64,000 nt of DNA from Octopus vulgaris (Eukaryota): the NCBI GenBank assembly GCA_951406725.2, contig OX597830.1, forward strand, positions 17,918,001 to 17,982,000, in the 5' to 3' direction. The notes under the pieces were generated by a model, which searched no databases, had not been told where the DNA came from, and saw only the letters and a list, made by a program, of their open reading frames with translations. The translations under genes were made by a program, and so were the position numbers. Positions 40,213-52,478 of this stretch are shown here, piece after piece; the stretch's first letter is position 1; each line of letters opens with the position of its first letter.

Positions 40213-41454
40213 TTAGGGAATATGCTGCTGTCTGTTAAAAAAACTATAGGTATATTCCGTCAGGACAGATGTTAGCGTTTTGTACATAGTTGTTAAGCAG
40301 GTAATGGGTCTATAGTTTTTTGGTTCATTTGTTTCTTCACTTTTTGGAAGCAGGAATGTTAACCCATTAACTAGCCAAGGAGGCATCCTACTAGGGTGTT
40401 GCAAAACACCATTGTACAGTTCTGTTAGCAGTTCATGGCTCTCTGGGAAGGCATTCAGCCAGAAGTTAGGAATTTTATCCTTTCCTGGAGACTTCCATTT
40501 GCTTGACCTCCTGAGAGCAGATCTTATATCTTCTACCTTGACACCCTCCCACTTTTGCTCTTCTAAGGGGTCCAGTTCTGTAGATATTCTGTCAATCCAG
40601 GGGGCCTTTTCGTTGTGTGTTTTTTCTTCTGCCCAGATTTTATTCCAAAATCCCTGCACTTCTTCTTTTGATGGTACAGACCTTGCAGTAAACGCTGTTT
40701 TTCCTATCTTCCTGTAAAAATTCTTCGTGTTATTTTTGAACATGTTGTTGTCCTTGAAAAATCTAACACGCTTTTCATACCTCGCTATGCGGGCAGCTTT
40801 GGCAGATACCTTTTGTTTGATGGTTTCTATGGTGGCATCAATATCAAGTATAGTTTTCATATTGTATTTTTTCAGTAATTTTGGGGTTTTTGTAGGTTTG
40901 GTAGTCTTGTGAGCCTTAAGGTTTTTCAAATATTCAATGTCAGATCTAAATATTTTAATTTGTTGTTGCAGACGCTCTTGCCAAGAAGGCTTTTTGTGGG
41001 AATGTTGCCGTTTTCTAGTCTTTACACCACATATGATCGTTGAGATTTTCGCGGATGCATAGTATAGGTGGTTGAGGTTTGTGATATCAACATCATTAGC
41101 TGAAATTATATCCTTAAGTGCAAGCCGGATTTTACCAATTATTTTCATGTTTTGGTTGGAGTTGCGGATTTTAGGAAGTGTATCACGTTCATCCATGCTG
41201 GTTTCTTTAATTTTCAGCCATTCAATCATGATTTGATTTTTTAGCTCATGTAGTTCTGTTGGGTCAATATTTGTGTGACTTTCTTTATCTATTTGATGCT
41301 CATCTGTCTTAGTGTTTATGATTGGTTCAGGGAGTATTTCACTTTGCCTATCACTTATACTAACTCTTTCAATCCTCACTTCGTTTTTATCAGCCCTGGG
41401 CTGGTCTATAATTATTTCCTCTGTATTATCTTCTCTAGCTGCAGCTTCGTTCAT
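40213..41454 (-). CDS. Retrotransposon polyprotein middle part (RT N-terminal region), frameshifted from the downstream ORF
   Basis: KWKSPGKDKIPNFWL..GLTFLLPK..PKNYRPITCLTTMYK (RT domains 0-1). A frame switch at the A6 run near 40237-40242 restores FLTDSSIFPNEQKGC. Confidence 0.88.
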   Translation of the reverse strand: MNEAAAREDNTEEIIIDQPRADKNEVRIERVSISDRQSEILPEPIINTKTDEHQIDKESHTNIDPTELHELKNQIMIEWLKIKETSMDERDTLPKIRNSNQNMKIIGKIRLALKDIISANDVDITNLNHLYYASAKISTIICGVKTRKRQHSHKKPSWQERLQQQIKIFRSDIEYLKNLKAHKTTKPTKTPKLLKKYNMKTILDIDATIETIKQKVSAKAARIARYEKRVRFFKDNNMFKNNTKNFYRKIGKTAFTARSVPSKEEVQGFWNKIWAEEKTHNEKAPWIDRISTELDPLEEQKWEGVKVEDIRSALRRSSKWKSPGKDKIPNFWLNAFPESHELLTELYNGVLQHPSRMPPWLVNGLTFLLPKSEETNEPKNYRPITCLTTMYKTLTSVLTEYTYSFFNRQQHIP

Positions 41455-41560
41455 TTATATATCCGATATTGCTTGTCTAACTTGATCAATCTCTACTTCA
41501 GTCAGTAATTTTTTTTTTTATAATGTTTCTTCTGGCGTTGGCAAGTTTGTTACTGTCTAT

Positions 41561-41995
41561 TTAGGGTTTTACTTCAGGGTGTTTCTGTCTCCAGTTTAAG
41601 TATGCTTGTACAGTGTTAGATTTATCTGTGGGGAAATATATGGCATGGTAGAAGGCCTCAAGAACTTCTTTATTATCTTCCCTAGACCATTTTTCCTTCT
41701 TTTTCTTTTGATTATTTGGTTGTGAGCATGGATGACCATCCGTTGGAATATTCCGGTTGTGGGGTACGTCCAGCTCCTGTGTGTTGGGAAGATTTGATCC
41801 AGTAGCTGATTTTTCAATCAGAATTTGGTTCAATTTTCGGGTACGTGGTCTTTTGTAATCCGCGCAACGACCAATGCGGTTTATTGTTTGATTTGTTGAC
41901 CTTGAAGCATGACGAGCTTCCATTCTTAAGACTAGCAGATCTATATTCGTCTGTATTTCGGGTACGTGGTCTTTTGTAATCCGCGCAACGACCAA
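41561..41995 (-). pseudogene. Retrotransposon polyprotein N-terminal part (Myb-like KWSREDNKEVLEAFY)
   Basis: Continues after TAA as IDSNKLANARRNII, a pattern typical of R4/Dong N-termini. Confidence 0.7.
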
Positions 41996-42213
41996 TGCGG
42001 TTTATTGTTTGATTTGTTGACCTTGAAGCATGACGAGCTTCCATTCTTAAGACTAGCAGATCTATATTCGTCTGTATTTTTTTTGTTGATAGTTTTATCT
42101 CCGAACATTTTTTTTTCCCTCTTCCTTTCTTCAAGGCTCACTCTGCCTGTATTAGTTCGAAATAATGAGAATAAAATACGGAGAAGGAAAAGAAAAAAAA
42201 AGAAAAAAGGGAA

Positions 42214-42280
<67 letters not shown>

Positions 42281-42479
42281 TACGGCGGCGTGCTGGCAGA
42301 ATCGTTAGCATGCCGGGCGAAATGCTTAACGGTATTTTGTTTGCTGCTACGTTCTGAGTTCAATTTCCACCGAGGTCTGTGTATTTTTCAAATGTCTTCA
42401 CTTTGGCGCGCTGAGGCCGGAAATTACTCTGCAGTTAATAAATTACAACAGCCAATTTACCGGTTAGAGAACTTTTTAT

Positions 42480-42950
42480 TTTATTTAAAATTAAGTAATA
42501 AGGGTAGAAATTGATATTAATCAATTAAACCAGTGGCTTAGCATATTTAAAAAATCCGAAGATTAAAAACTTTATAATGCTCGATTTCGGTTGAGCGTTC
42601 TGTATCTAGTTCTGGAAATTGTGTTTTGTAAGCGACAGACTATGCTGACGATCTTGCAGATACCTGCGTGTTTATATACGTAGATATTAACAAATGAAAC
42701 CAATGGTACGTAGGTAATCGTTTTTTTTATTTCGTATATTTTCATTTGTCCTGCTTATTTTTACATTTTGGCGTTTTGCTGAGATTTTTTCTTGAGAACA
42801 CATTCTTCGTGGTAATGACGATTTGACGTCTATGTTTAGCATATAGGGTGTCCACTGTAGTGGTCATTCCTCTTAATTTTGTATGTAACACAATATTTAA
42901 TCTTCGGATTTTTTAATTGATTAATATCAATTTCTACCTATTTTATTTCA
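42480..42950 (+). mobile_element. Hammerhead-bearing unit with partial inverted arms
   Basis: ctatg-CTGACGA (42645-42651)..GAAA (42696-42699)-ccaatgg-TA-cgtag. 42895-42940 is the reverse complement, with an internal deletion, of 42503-42568. Confidence 0.75.
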
Positions 42951-43449
42951 TTTCAAATATGCATGTATGTTTGTATGTATGTATGTGTATATGCATGCAT
43001 GCGTGTGTGCGTGTGTATGTATGTATGTATGTATAGTGTATCTTGGATGATATTTTCCAATATGTCGATCTTTTTCCAATACACTTGTGTGTGATTTAAA
43101 AAAGGCATCTCCTATTTCTTGCAGGTCAAAGCTGTTACATTCGGAGATAACGAATGAATGGAAAGACACGAAAATGACACCGTGTTATTCACCTCAGCTC
43201 TAGATTTATCGAGGCTTTGCGCCTGTGTAAGAAAAGAATATTTCACTTATTTGACGCAAAAAGAATTACATATTTTTTGTTATTTTCGCTTCTATGCAGC
43301 ATTAATCTGCTGAAGCATTAAGAATATGAAGATAATGTATAGCGATTGGGGATAGTGTCGAGGGGTTCAAGAGTTTGTTTTTGCTTATACTTTGTGTTTG
43401 TGTAAACGCACTCGTGTGCTGTGCACATATACATATACATACATACATA

Positions 43450-43517
<68 letters not shown>

Positions 43518-43539
43518 GATAGATAGATAGATAGATTAT

Positions 43540-43602
<63 letters not shown>

Positions 43603-44596
43603 TGTTTCTTTATTAGCCACACAGGGCTGCACACAGATAGAACAAATTACAAGGTAGAGCTTTTCTTTTGAAGGTTTAAGAAAGAAAAAAAAAAAAAAAA
43701 AAAGGAAGGGGGAGTTTCGATCAAAAGGGATCGTAAAAGGAGAGAAAGAGGACAAAAAAAAGGGGGGTTTAAAAAAAGGGGGGAGGAAAAAAAATTGATC
43801 AATAGGGATCGTTATCACAGAAATGTCAATATGAAGTGTAAAGGGGAGGACAGGTGAGGTTTACCCGTGCAAAGAAAAGCCTACGGAAAAGACCACGGTA
43901 ACCTCGGTCAATGATGTCACATTTTATATTTCTTTTTTTTTTTTTTTTGCAAATAAGCAACTCTCTGTTTTCGATTTCTGGGTTCATAGGACTATGCTCA
44001 AGGTGGCTTCGTCATTCATACGTGCCATTCTTGCTACATTCACCCATCTTTTTTTAAAACATTCGCTAGGCAAAACTTGCCTCTCTACTCTCACTTTCCT
44101 TTTCAAGTGGTACTTGAAGAAGTTGATGAGAGATTGACCAGAGAGGAAAGTGTTTGTCTCCAATCCTTTCAGACGCGTCCACCAGATACATTCTTTCGCC
44201 ATAGCCACAAGGATGATGAAAATAGCTCTTCCTTCCCGTTTGAAGGAAGGAGGCGTGACAATATTGACGATAGACTCAGCTGATAAACCGACTCGTCCCA
44301 CACGTGACAGCAGTTGTTCGACATAAGCCCACAGGTCGGAAATTGTTGGACACTGAACGAGTGCGTGCAGAACGGTTTCGTCGCTCTGACCGCATCTCGG
44401 GCAGGTCGGCCCCGTGTTTCTCGAGCCGTGTCTGTAGAGCTTATCCCGAACGGGTAGCGCTTCTCGGTAGCACTGCCAGGCCAGGGATCTCTGGAAGTTG
44501 TCCATGGGCCCTGGCCCGAAAGTCGTCCTGAACAGGCGGGTCAGGTACTCCTCGTCGACGTCCAGGTTCGCCCCGAGCTCGTCGTCGTACCTCCCC
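43603..44596 (-). mobile_element. 5'-truncated L1/Tx1-type non-LTR retrotransposon flanked by (GATA)n
   Basis: ORF2 C-terminus plus 3' UTR with AATAAA ending at a (TATC)n run; (GATA)n on both sides. Confidence 0.88.
43984..44505 (-). CDS. L1/Tx1 ORF2 C-terminal zf-RVT domain (truncated copy)
   Basis: LAWQCYREALPVRDKL..TCPRCGQSDETVLHALVQC (CCHC)..AKECIWWTR. Confidence 0.8.
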   Translation of the reverse strand: MDNFQRSLAWQCYREALPVRDKLYRHGSRNTGPTCPRCGQSDETVLHALVQCPTISDLWAYVEQLLSRVGRVGLSAESIVNIVTPPSFKREGRAIFIILVAMAKECIWWTRLKGLETNTFLSGQSLINFFKYHLKRKVRVERQVLPSECFKKRWVNVARMARMNDEATLSIVL

Positions 44597-44714
<118 letters not shown>

Positions 44715-44814
44715 TGCTTCTTTATTAGCCACACAGGGCTGCACACAGACAGGACAAATTACAAGGTAGAGTTTTTCTTTTGGGGGTAAAAAAAAGGGGG
44801 GTTGGTTTTCGATC
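44715..44814 (-). mobile_element. 3'-terminal 100 bp of the same Tx1-type family
   Basis: tgcttctttattagccacacagggctgcacacagacaggacaaattacaaggtagag directly after (GATA)n. Confidence 0.88.
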
Positions 44815-45460
44815 CATTGGTTAATATGCTCATAGGAATTCTAAGAGTTACTTAAAGAATATTTGTATGTAATTTCGATTCTTTAAATTCAAGTTGAGCA
44901 GTTATAAAAACCCTGGATTTTGGGGAAAACTTCAGTATTTGTTGGATGTAACTAAACTCCACGACACTCACTCCTTTGAGACATTGGTGATTTTCCAAGG
45001 AAATTCCAACAGTGTAAATGTTTTTAACGATGGTTTGTATTTTTATGGATTTTGTTCTTGTCCCTACAGTCGTGCCATTTGACGTTCCCGAATGACCATG
45101 ATTTTATCAACTGGCCAGTTTTAAAAATCGAATGTGTAGCGAAAGAAGCAGCAACGGAAAGGTTCTGTTGGGCATTGTAGAAAAGGAGAGAAGGAAAGAG
45201 TAACAGAAGAATCAAGAAAAAGAGACAGCAAAGGGGGTTCGCAAAGATAATCGGAATAAGAAAAAAAGAGAGAGGTACGAGAAGAGAGCAAGATAACACT
45301 GCTTATTCCGCACCATAACTCTCTTGACATGTATGACGTATGTATCTCTGCACATCATATGCATATATTTGTTTACACGTGAGTATGTTTATGTGTGCGT
45401 TTATGTATCAATGTACGCATATCCATTTGTGTATATTGATCTCTCTCTTTATATACATGC

Positions 45461-45519
<59 letters not shown>

Positions 45520-45671
45520 TATGCGGACATGCATACAGACAGGAGTGTAAAGGTAAAGAATAAACAGTGCTACTTAGTCCTCTCCTTGTTTCTCTCTTCT
45601 TTCCCTACTATATATATATATATAAGTGCGTGTGTGTGTATGTGTGTGTGTCTGTATACACAGACTGAGCC

Positions 45672-45702
<31 letters not shown>

Positions 45703-45794
45703 TACACGCATATATATGTATATATGTATTTATATTTATTGATATAAATATTGAATTAATACAAATGCGTGTGTGCATATACATATATGTGTTT

Positions 45795-45874
<80 letters not shown>

Positions 45875-46070
45875 CAAGAGTAAACAAGAGAGACAGAGAA
45901 TGGCAGAAACAAGGAAAATGCCACTTATATTTGAACACTATACAAATATTCTTTTAAAAAAACAAAATTTAATTATTTAATTGTTTCAGTTGAAAAGGTC
46001 TCATTGACTGAAACCGGTACTGAAATGTTCTTTATAAAATTATTTTAGCATTTTCTATCCTGACTTGTTT

Positions 46071-46127
<57 letters not shown>

Positions 46128-46131
<4 letters not shown>

Positions 46132-46332
46132 GTTAATCCAAACAAGAAAGCTAAAAAAAAACACACAACAACGCGAGGACGTGGAACAAATATAGTATTA
46201 TTGGACGCTCAAAAAAGAAGGAAAGAAGGAGGGTTTAACGTTTCGAGCTGAGCTCTTCGTCGGAAACATAGGAGAAGGAAAGATCCAGAGAAGGGAAGAC
46301 GGAGGGAAAAAAATCGCCAACGGTACACACGC

Positions 46333-46335
<3 letters not shown>
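46128..46335 (-). mobile_element. About 208-bp hammerhead unit between two (TA)n tracts
   Basis: Minus strand gttt-CCGACGAA-gagc-tca-gctc-GAAA-cg-TT-aaac (46233-46267). Homologous to 8690-8835 and 32480-32640. Confidence 0.8.
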
Positions 46336-46407
<72 letters not shown>

Positions 46408-47121
46408 ATGTATGTGTATGTGTATATACATGCATGTATAAATATACGTGTATTTATGTGTGTGTGTGTAGAAAGCGAGGAAGAAGGAGCGACAGACAAA
46501 GATAGGGCCAGAGACAGAGACAGAAGGAAAGAAGGAGAGCGATATATTTTCCGTTTGGTGAACAGATTTTTTTAATGGTGCACCAAGATTTTCAGAACTA
46601 CAAGAAGTTGCCCTCAATTTTTTGAGTGCTTGTTTTCAGTATACGATGTTGCTCTCCCCACGAGGGCATTGATTATTTACAAAACACTATATAAAAATCA
46701 ATCGCATCATTGAAGTCATCTGGAAAGCAGAGGTGGGTGAAATCGATAATAATTACTCAATATACTCTGCGTTTCCTCGACAGATTTGCCACCTTGTGGC
46801 GATGATGAATTTTAACTTTGGGTCAAGGCCATAAATCTGCTTAAGGCGTAGGAGGTTTTACTGAATCGAACCTACATACTTTTATGGGCGTGGAAAATAG
46901 TTAATGGAATAACCCCCCAATGCGGTATCGCCTTTTATCGAGGGAAAGTGTAAAGTTGGCAGAATCGCCCGATTGCATTATGTTGTATTATGACAGTTTG
47001 CATGAAGATTTTGAACTAAGTTTCTATCTCGCCTGTAGGCTTGAGACAACCTTCCCTCTCTCTCTCTTTCTCTTTCAGTGTATGTGTATGTACATACATA
47101 TATATGTACACACATATACAC

Positions 47122-47221
<100 letters not shown>

Positions 47222-47546
47222 ATGTATATTATATAACAAAGTAAAGCTGTAAGGAATCGTACGAGTGTAAAAATTTTTGAAAGAAGGTTTGAAAATGCAA
47301 AGGTCTTTTGGAGATGTTTATTGACTTGACCGATTTCAGTTTTTAGAAAAATATTATCAAAAGTTAAATTTAAAGCTTTGTATAAGCTTTGTTATGTTAA
47401 AAAATGGTTAGCACAAAAGTATTAAAATACAGTTATACAGTCTTTGATCATGATAAGAAAATGTTAAAAACAGCTTACATGAAAGTATTCAAGAAAGGGA
47501 ATACAATAAGTATTTTGAGTTCAATAAAAATCATGTTTGTGTGGTA

Positions 47547-47599
<53 letters not shown>

Positions 47600-47603
<4 letters not shown>

Positions 47604-47766
47604 CGCAGGAGTGGCTGTGTGGTAAGTAGCTTGTTTACCAACCACAAAGTTCCGGGTTCAGTCCCACTGCGTGGCACCTTGGGCAAGTGTCTTCTACTAT
47701 AGCCTCGGGCCGACCAAAGCCTTGCGAGTGGATTTGGTAGATGGAAACTGAAAGAAGCCCGTCGTA

Positions 47767-47834
<68 letters not shown>

Positions 47835-48057
47835 TGTGTGTGTTTGTGTGTCTGTGTTTGTCCCCCTAGCATTGGTTGACAACCGATGCTGGTGTGTTTA
47901 TGTCCCCGTTACTTAGCGATTCGGCAAAAGAGACCGATAGAATAAGTACTGGGCTTACAAAAGAATAAGTCCTGGGGTCGAGTTGCTCGATTAAAGGCGG
48001 TGCTCCAGCATGGCCGCAGTCAAATGACTGAAACAAGTAAAAGAGTAGAGTAAAAGA

Positions 48058-48059
<2 letters not shown>
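47600..48059 (+). mobile_element. SINE family A, full-length reference copy
   Basis: aggcgcaggagTGGCTGTGTGGtaag (box A), GGTTCAGTCCC (box B), internal (TA)n, tail (gtaaaaga)n. Sits between (TA)n tracts. Confidence 0.93.
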
Positions 48060-48121
<62 letters not shown>

Positions 48122-48602
48122 GGAGATATATTATTTAAGAATATACGACAAATTGGAGAGGAACAGCTATTAATAAAATAGGAGATGGAATGTGCAATAA
48201 ATTTTATTGGGTACAACACATGTTTCGACGCGTTCTGGGTCTCTTCATGTTTTATCATGTTTTAGTGATTAAGCTATTTTATTCCTTTTCTATGGTGTTC
48301 TGCCTTACCTGATTATTTTCCTTTCTTTATTATTTTATAATAGCCTTTATTTATTTATAAAATACATCTTAATTTTTGTACCTCTATAAATTCATACTTA
48401 TCTTATATAAAACAATACTAGTATATTCACTACTTATAATAAACTGCTTAGATTATAATTTAATTAATATATAGTTAGCATATTCTTTTACCTCAGTAGT
48501 CCTTTATCAAATACCAGTACATACCAATTGATCAATATTCACTATCTGATAAGTTGGTATTTAAGTATATAATATGTATAAATATTAAACTATTTCTTGA
48601 TT

Positions 48603-48985
48603 GTGGAGGCGCAATGGCCCAGTGGTTAGGGCAGCGGACTCGCGGTCATAGGATCGCGGTTTCGATTCCCAGACCGGGCGTTGTGAGTGTTTATTGAGCG
48701 AAAACACCTAAAGCTCCACGAGGCTCCGGCAGGGGATGGTGGTGATCCCTGCTGTACTCTTTCACCACAACTTTCTCTTACTTCCTGTTTCTGTTGTACC
48801 TGTATTTCAAAGGGCCGGCCTTGTCACTCTCTGTGTCACGCTGAATATCCCCGAGAACTACGTTAAGGGTACACGTGTCTGTGGAGTGCTCAGCCATTTA
48901 CACGTTAATTTCACGAGCAGGCTGTTCCGTTGATTCGGATCAACCGGAACCCTCGTCGTCGTAACCGATGGAGTGCTTCCATTTC
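48603..48985 (+). mobile_element. SINE family C, full length (second 3' variant)
   Basis: TGGCCCAGTGG box A, GTTTCGATTCC box B; 3' end ...cctcgtcgtcgtaaccgatggagtgcttcca. Confidence 0.9.
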
Positions 48986-49609
48986 TTGATAATTTCTTTT
49001 ACTCCCTCTATTGTGGTAAAGTTTGGTATAAACTCAAAAGTATTCAAAAAACTTTTTATCCTTTTTTTTTCCTTTATTATAATATTCTTCTTAAAAATCC
49101 TTTGAATAACCCTAAACTTTAACTTTATACAATATAGCAGCATTGTTTTATAATATTTAACTATAGTACTACATGATAAGATTTCCCCTGTTTCATTATC
49201 AATGGTCTGCTAGTGGCCGGACCTCTTAATTGTCAGCTAACATCTTGATTTAAGTTTTTCCTTTACCAAACCTCATGATATTGCTTCTAATAAATCTTGT
49301 TTTTTTATGACTATACCCACTATGATTTCTGTCGACTCCCTCAGCCCTACTCCTAACAGACACTGCCCCTAGTTCTTTCGGCCTTAGATATACAAGGATT
49401 TGATAAAACTAGTCTATAAATTAAAACTGACCCCATAAAACAGTAACAAAGCAAAATCTGTAACAAGTCTTTCTTTCTGATACCTTAGTAGCTTCTAAGC
49501 TGAAGTGAAGGCAGTATGTTGTTTGTCTATCTCCTTAACTTCTTGGAGATTTTAAGTAAATTATACTAATGTGTCCATCTATTTTAATTTAATTAAATTG
49601 TATGTTTTT

Positions 49610-49697
49610 GTGCAGCTGAGGATTCCTCTGCATGTAAATTGATGTAATGATTGCATTGTTCAATTAAATGGAGTTGCGCGAAACGATCGTACTGCAT
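49610..49697 (+). ncRNA. Type-I hammerhead ribozyme motif
   Basis: gtgcag-CTGAGGA (49616-49622)..GAAA (49680-49683)-cgatcg-TA-ctgcat. Helix I has 6 bp and helix III is palindromic; the base of helix II is imperfect. Confidence 0.8.
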
Positions 49698-49736
49698 TAG
49701 CTCTGGATATCCTTGTTGCTTATTATATATGTGCGC

Positions 49737-49816
<80 letters not shown>

Positions 49817-50407
49817 ACGGCATTAACACGATTTTGTAGGGCGAATGGACATAGTGGATAGAATAAACCCCCATTGCATTATCGCACATATGTATGGGGA
49901 GGCGGACATATTTAACTGAATTACTCGAAATTTACAGTCACACATTTGTAATTGAATCTACCTGTTTGCATTATCGGTCTTTGATAATGTAATGTAAAAG
50001 TGCCGAAAGGTCGCAATCATTGAATTGATATTTTAAATAACGAGGAAGCACGTAAGAAGTCGTTCCATGAGTTTCAAGTAACTGTCAGCTTTTCCTCCAG
50101 CCGCACCACACCATATTAGAAGCAGGAAGTCACGTCAGGTAATTTACATATCTCTACGTAAACGGAATGGTCATAGCTTTAATGACTTTGAGAAAGACAA
50201 TCTACATGGTTTACTACAATGCTGTTCATGTCGATGTTACTTTACCACATATTAACCCTGATCGAAATTATGCTTCACAGGGACGATCACCTTATGCTTT
50301 TTATATGTGGAACACTTAATTTCGCAATACACACTCATAGTCTCTTATATATATATATAAATATGTATATATATGTGTGTATATATATATATGTGTGTGT
50401 ATATATG

Positions 50408-50476
<69 letters not shown>

Positions 50477-50639
50477 GAATGTGTATGTGTGTGTAGAGAG
50501 AGGGAGAGAGAGGTACATGCATGTATGTATGTATGTATGTATGTATGTATGTATGTATGTATGTATGTATGTATGTATGTATGTATGTATGCAAAATGAA
50601 CAAAATGAGAAAAGATTTATCATAGAAGTTTAAAATTTA

Positions 50640-51450
50640 TCCCAGAAACTAACCTCTTTAGTTTCACGACAACACCTACAGAAATATACCTGGGGTTGCA
50701 ACATTCACAAAAGTAGCCCCCACCCCACCATTTCCTAATCTTGTTATGGCATATTTAGACGGCCAAATATATGAATACGCTACACTGAAATTCAGTGATA
50801 TCTTCCATAGAAACCTACTCACCAACCGTAAACGCTATCTGGACGATTGCTTCACCTTTTGGTCACACATTCTGGATCAACTCTTTGAGTTTAAAATTTT
50901 AATTGATAACATAAACCAATTGTTTTTACCATAATACGCAATTCACGGTGTAATATGGTCAAAACCAATTCTCCTTTTAGGATATCTGAATCATAAAAAG
51001 AAATTCGAATATTGAAACTGATTTCTCCTTCAAGTCAAGAGTCCCATAACAGTCACTTCTATTTTTTTCCTGCCATTCAAAGCCTGTCAACAAAAATCTA
51101 ACAATGGCATCCAATTCCGAAACCCGAGGGAAACGACTTCAAGTCCTTTTTGACATATTACTCGAAATATACCCCGTCACTTTATATGAACTACGGAACA
51201 GAACGTGCAAAAACGATAGACATCCAAGAATTACAAAAAGCTAGAAAACCACTGATACTCTCAGTTCTATGTCGTATATACTAACACAATCCAGAAAACA
51301 TGAAAGCATACAACATCATCAATCAAGATAGACTTCTTTGATGAAAGACTACGGATGGAAAAGGCACTCAAAACACACAAACTAATTAAAAGTATAAGAC
51401 AACTTAAGTCTTTAAAAAGACCACTTACGAACAACACTGCCAATCAAAAA
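50640..51450 (+). pseudogene. Penelope-like element RT relic (second family)
   Basis: TKVAPT..NLVMAYLDGQIY..KRYLDDCFTFW, followed by decayed IETD and FSCH motifs. Confidence 0.8.
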
Positions 51451-51538
51451 TACATCCCCGACAGTCCACTAGCGTAAACTGAAACCAGAACAATGTGGTT
51501 GGGAAGCAAACTTCCTACCGCACGGCCACAACTGTGCA

Positions 51539-51587
<49 letters not shown>

Positions 51588-51829
51588 TGTGCGCGCCATG
51601 TGTAAATTTATCAAAGAGATATAAGTTATGCGTAGTAAAAAAATTCTTTTTAGATCCAAGAATTCCACCACACTACTTAAGTTCAGATCCCAAACTTTTA
51701 CAAATGCAAACACATGGACAAATTTCTCTTCTTGGACTGGAAGATACAACCCTCTCCTGATTGAGGAGCTGTCTCGCAGATCTTGACCTCCTCCCCGTTG
51801 AATCATTCTACACCAGCTAGAATAATTAT

Positions 51830-52478
51830 GATTTCGATGGACAAAGAGGACGTACCTCTTGGGTTTCTGTTCGGATGTGATGTGTGACTGCCGTTGTATT
51901 GTAGTTGCTGTTTTACGCTAGTAACCACAATAGTTACTAGTCATTGGATACCGTTGTACCACTTCGTACAGCTGATAGCTGCACAAGACACCGACTACGA
52001 CTGCCGACTCTCAACTCTTCGACTTTCGACCCTCTCTTGACGACTACCGGGAGGGATATACAGTTTAACTATATAACATCTCCCATTTTAATTATTTTAT
52101 TTAACAATCAATTTTAACAATCACCCTACCTCCATTTTCTTTTTTATATACTCAATATCTTTTCTTCTTAGAGTCTACTTTTAGGAATTCAGTGTTCTTC
52201 CTTTTCCTTGTACATGTGGTTTCAACTTCTTGTAACAGTGTTGGAACCTAAAAAATGTCCTATAGCCAATCCATCAGTATTTCTACTCTTGTTGGTTCCT
52301 TTTCTATGACTCTTTCCTTAAACTGATTTCTATATCTCCTTTCCATTCCATTTCTGCTTCTTACACCATACATCATTCTTCTTATATATGTTACAAATTC
52401 TCCTTCTTCCCAGTTTTGCTTGCCATTTTTGTACCATCTTATATATATCTTATCACCAATTCTAAAGAATTTTGGCAT
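51830..52478 (-). mobile_element. Probable Gypsy LTR-retrotransposon 3' relic (integrase C-terminus, PPT, start of LTR)
   Basis: FRIGDKIYIRWYKNGKQNWEEGEFV..MYGV..RRYRNQFK resembles Gypsy integrase C-termini. Minus-strand aaaatgggaga|TGttatatag at about 52078 fits a PPT followed by a TG LTR start. The left boundary is uncertain. Confidence 0.6.

Larger units (their letters stand above)
37939..42213 (-). mobile_element. R4/Dong-clade non-LTR retrotransposon, near full length (about 4.3 kb), inserted in (TAA)n
   Basis: One broken reading frame encoding RT, zinc knuckle and REL endonuclease. (TAA)n abuts both ends in the same orientation (to 37938 and from 42214). Confidence 0.92.

Noticed and set aside
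39028-40912. Plus-strand ORFs over the Dong-like element
   Set aside because: Antisense shadows of the RT reading frame.
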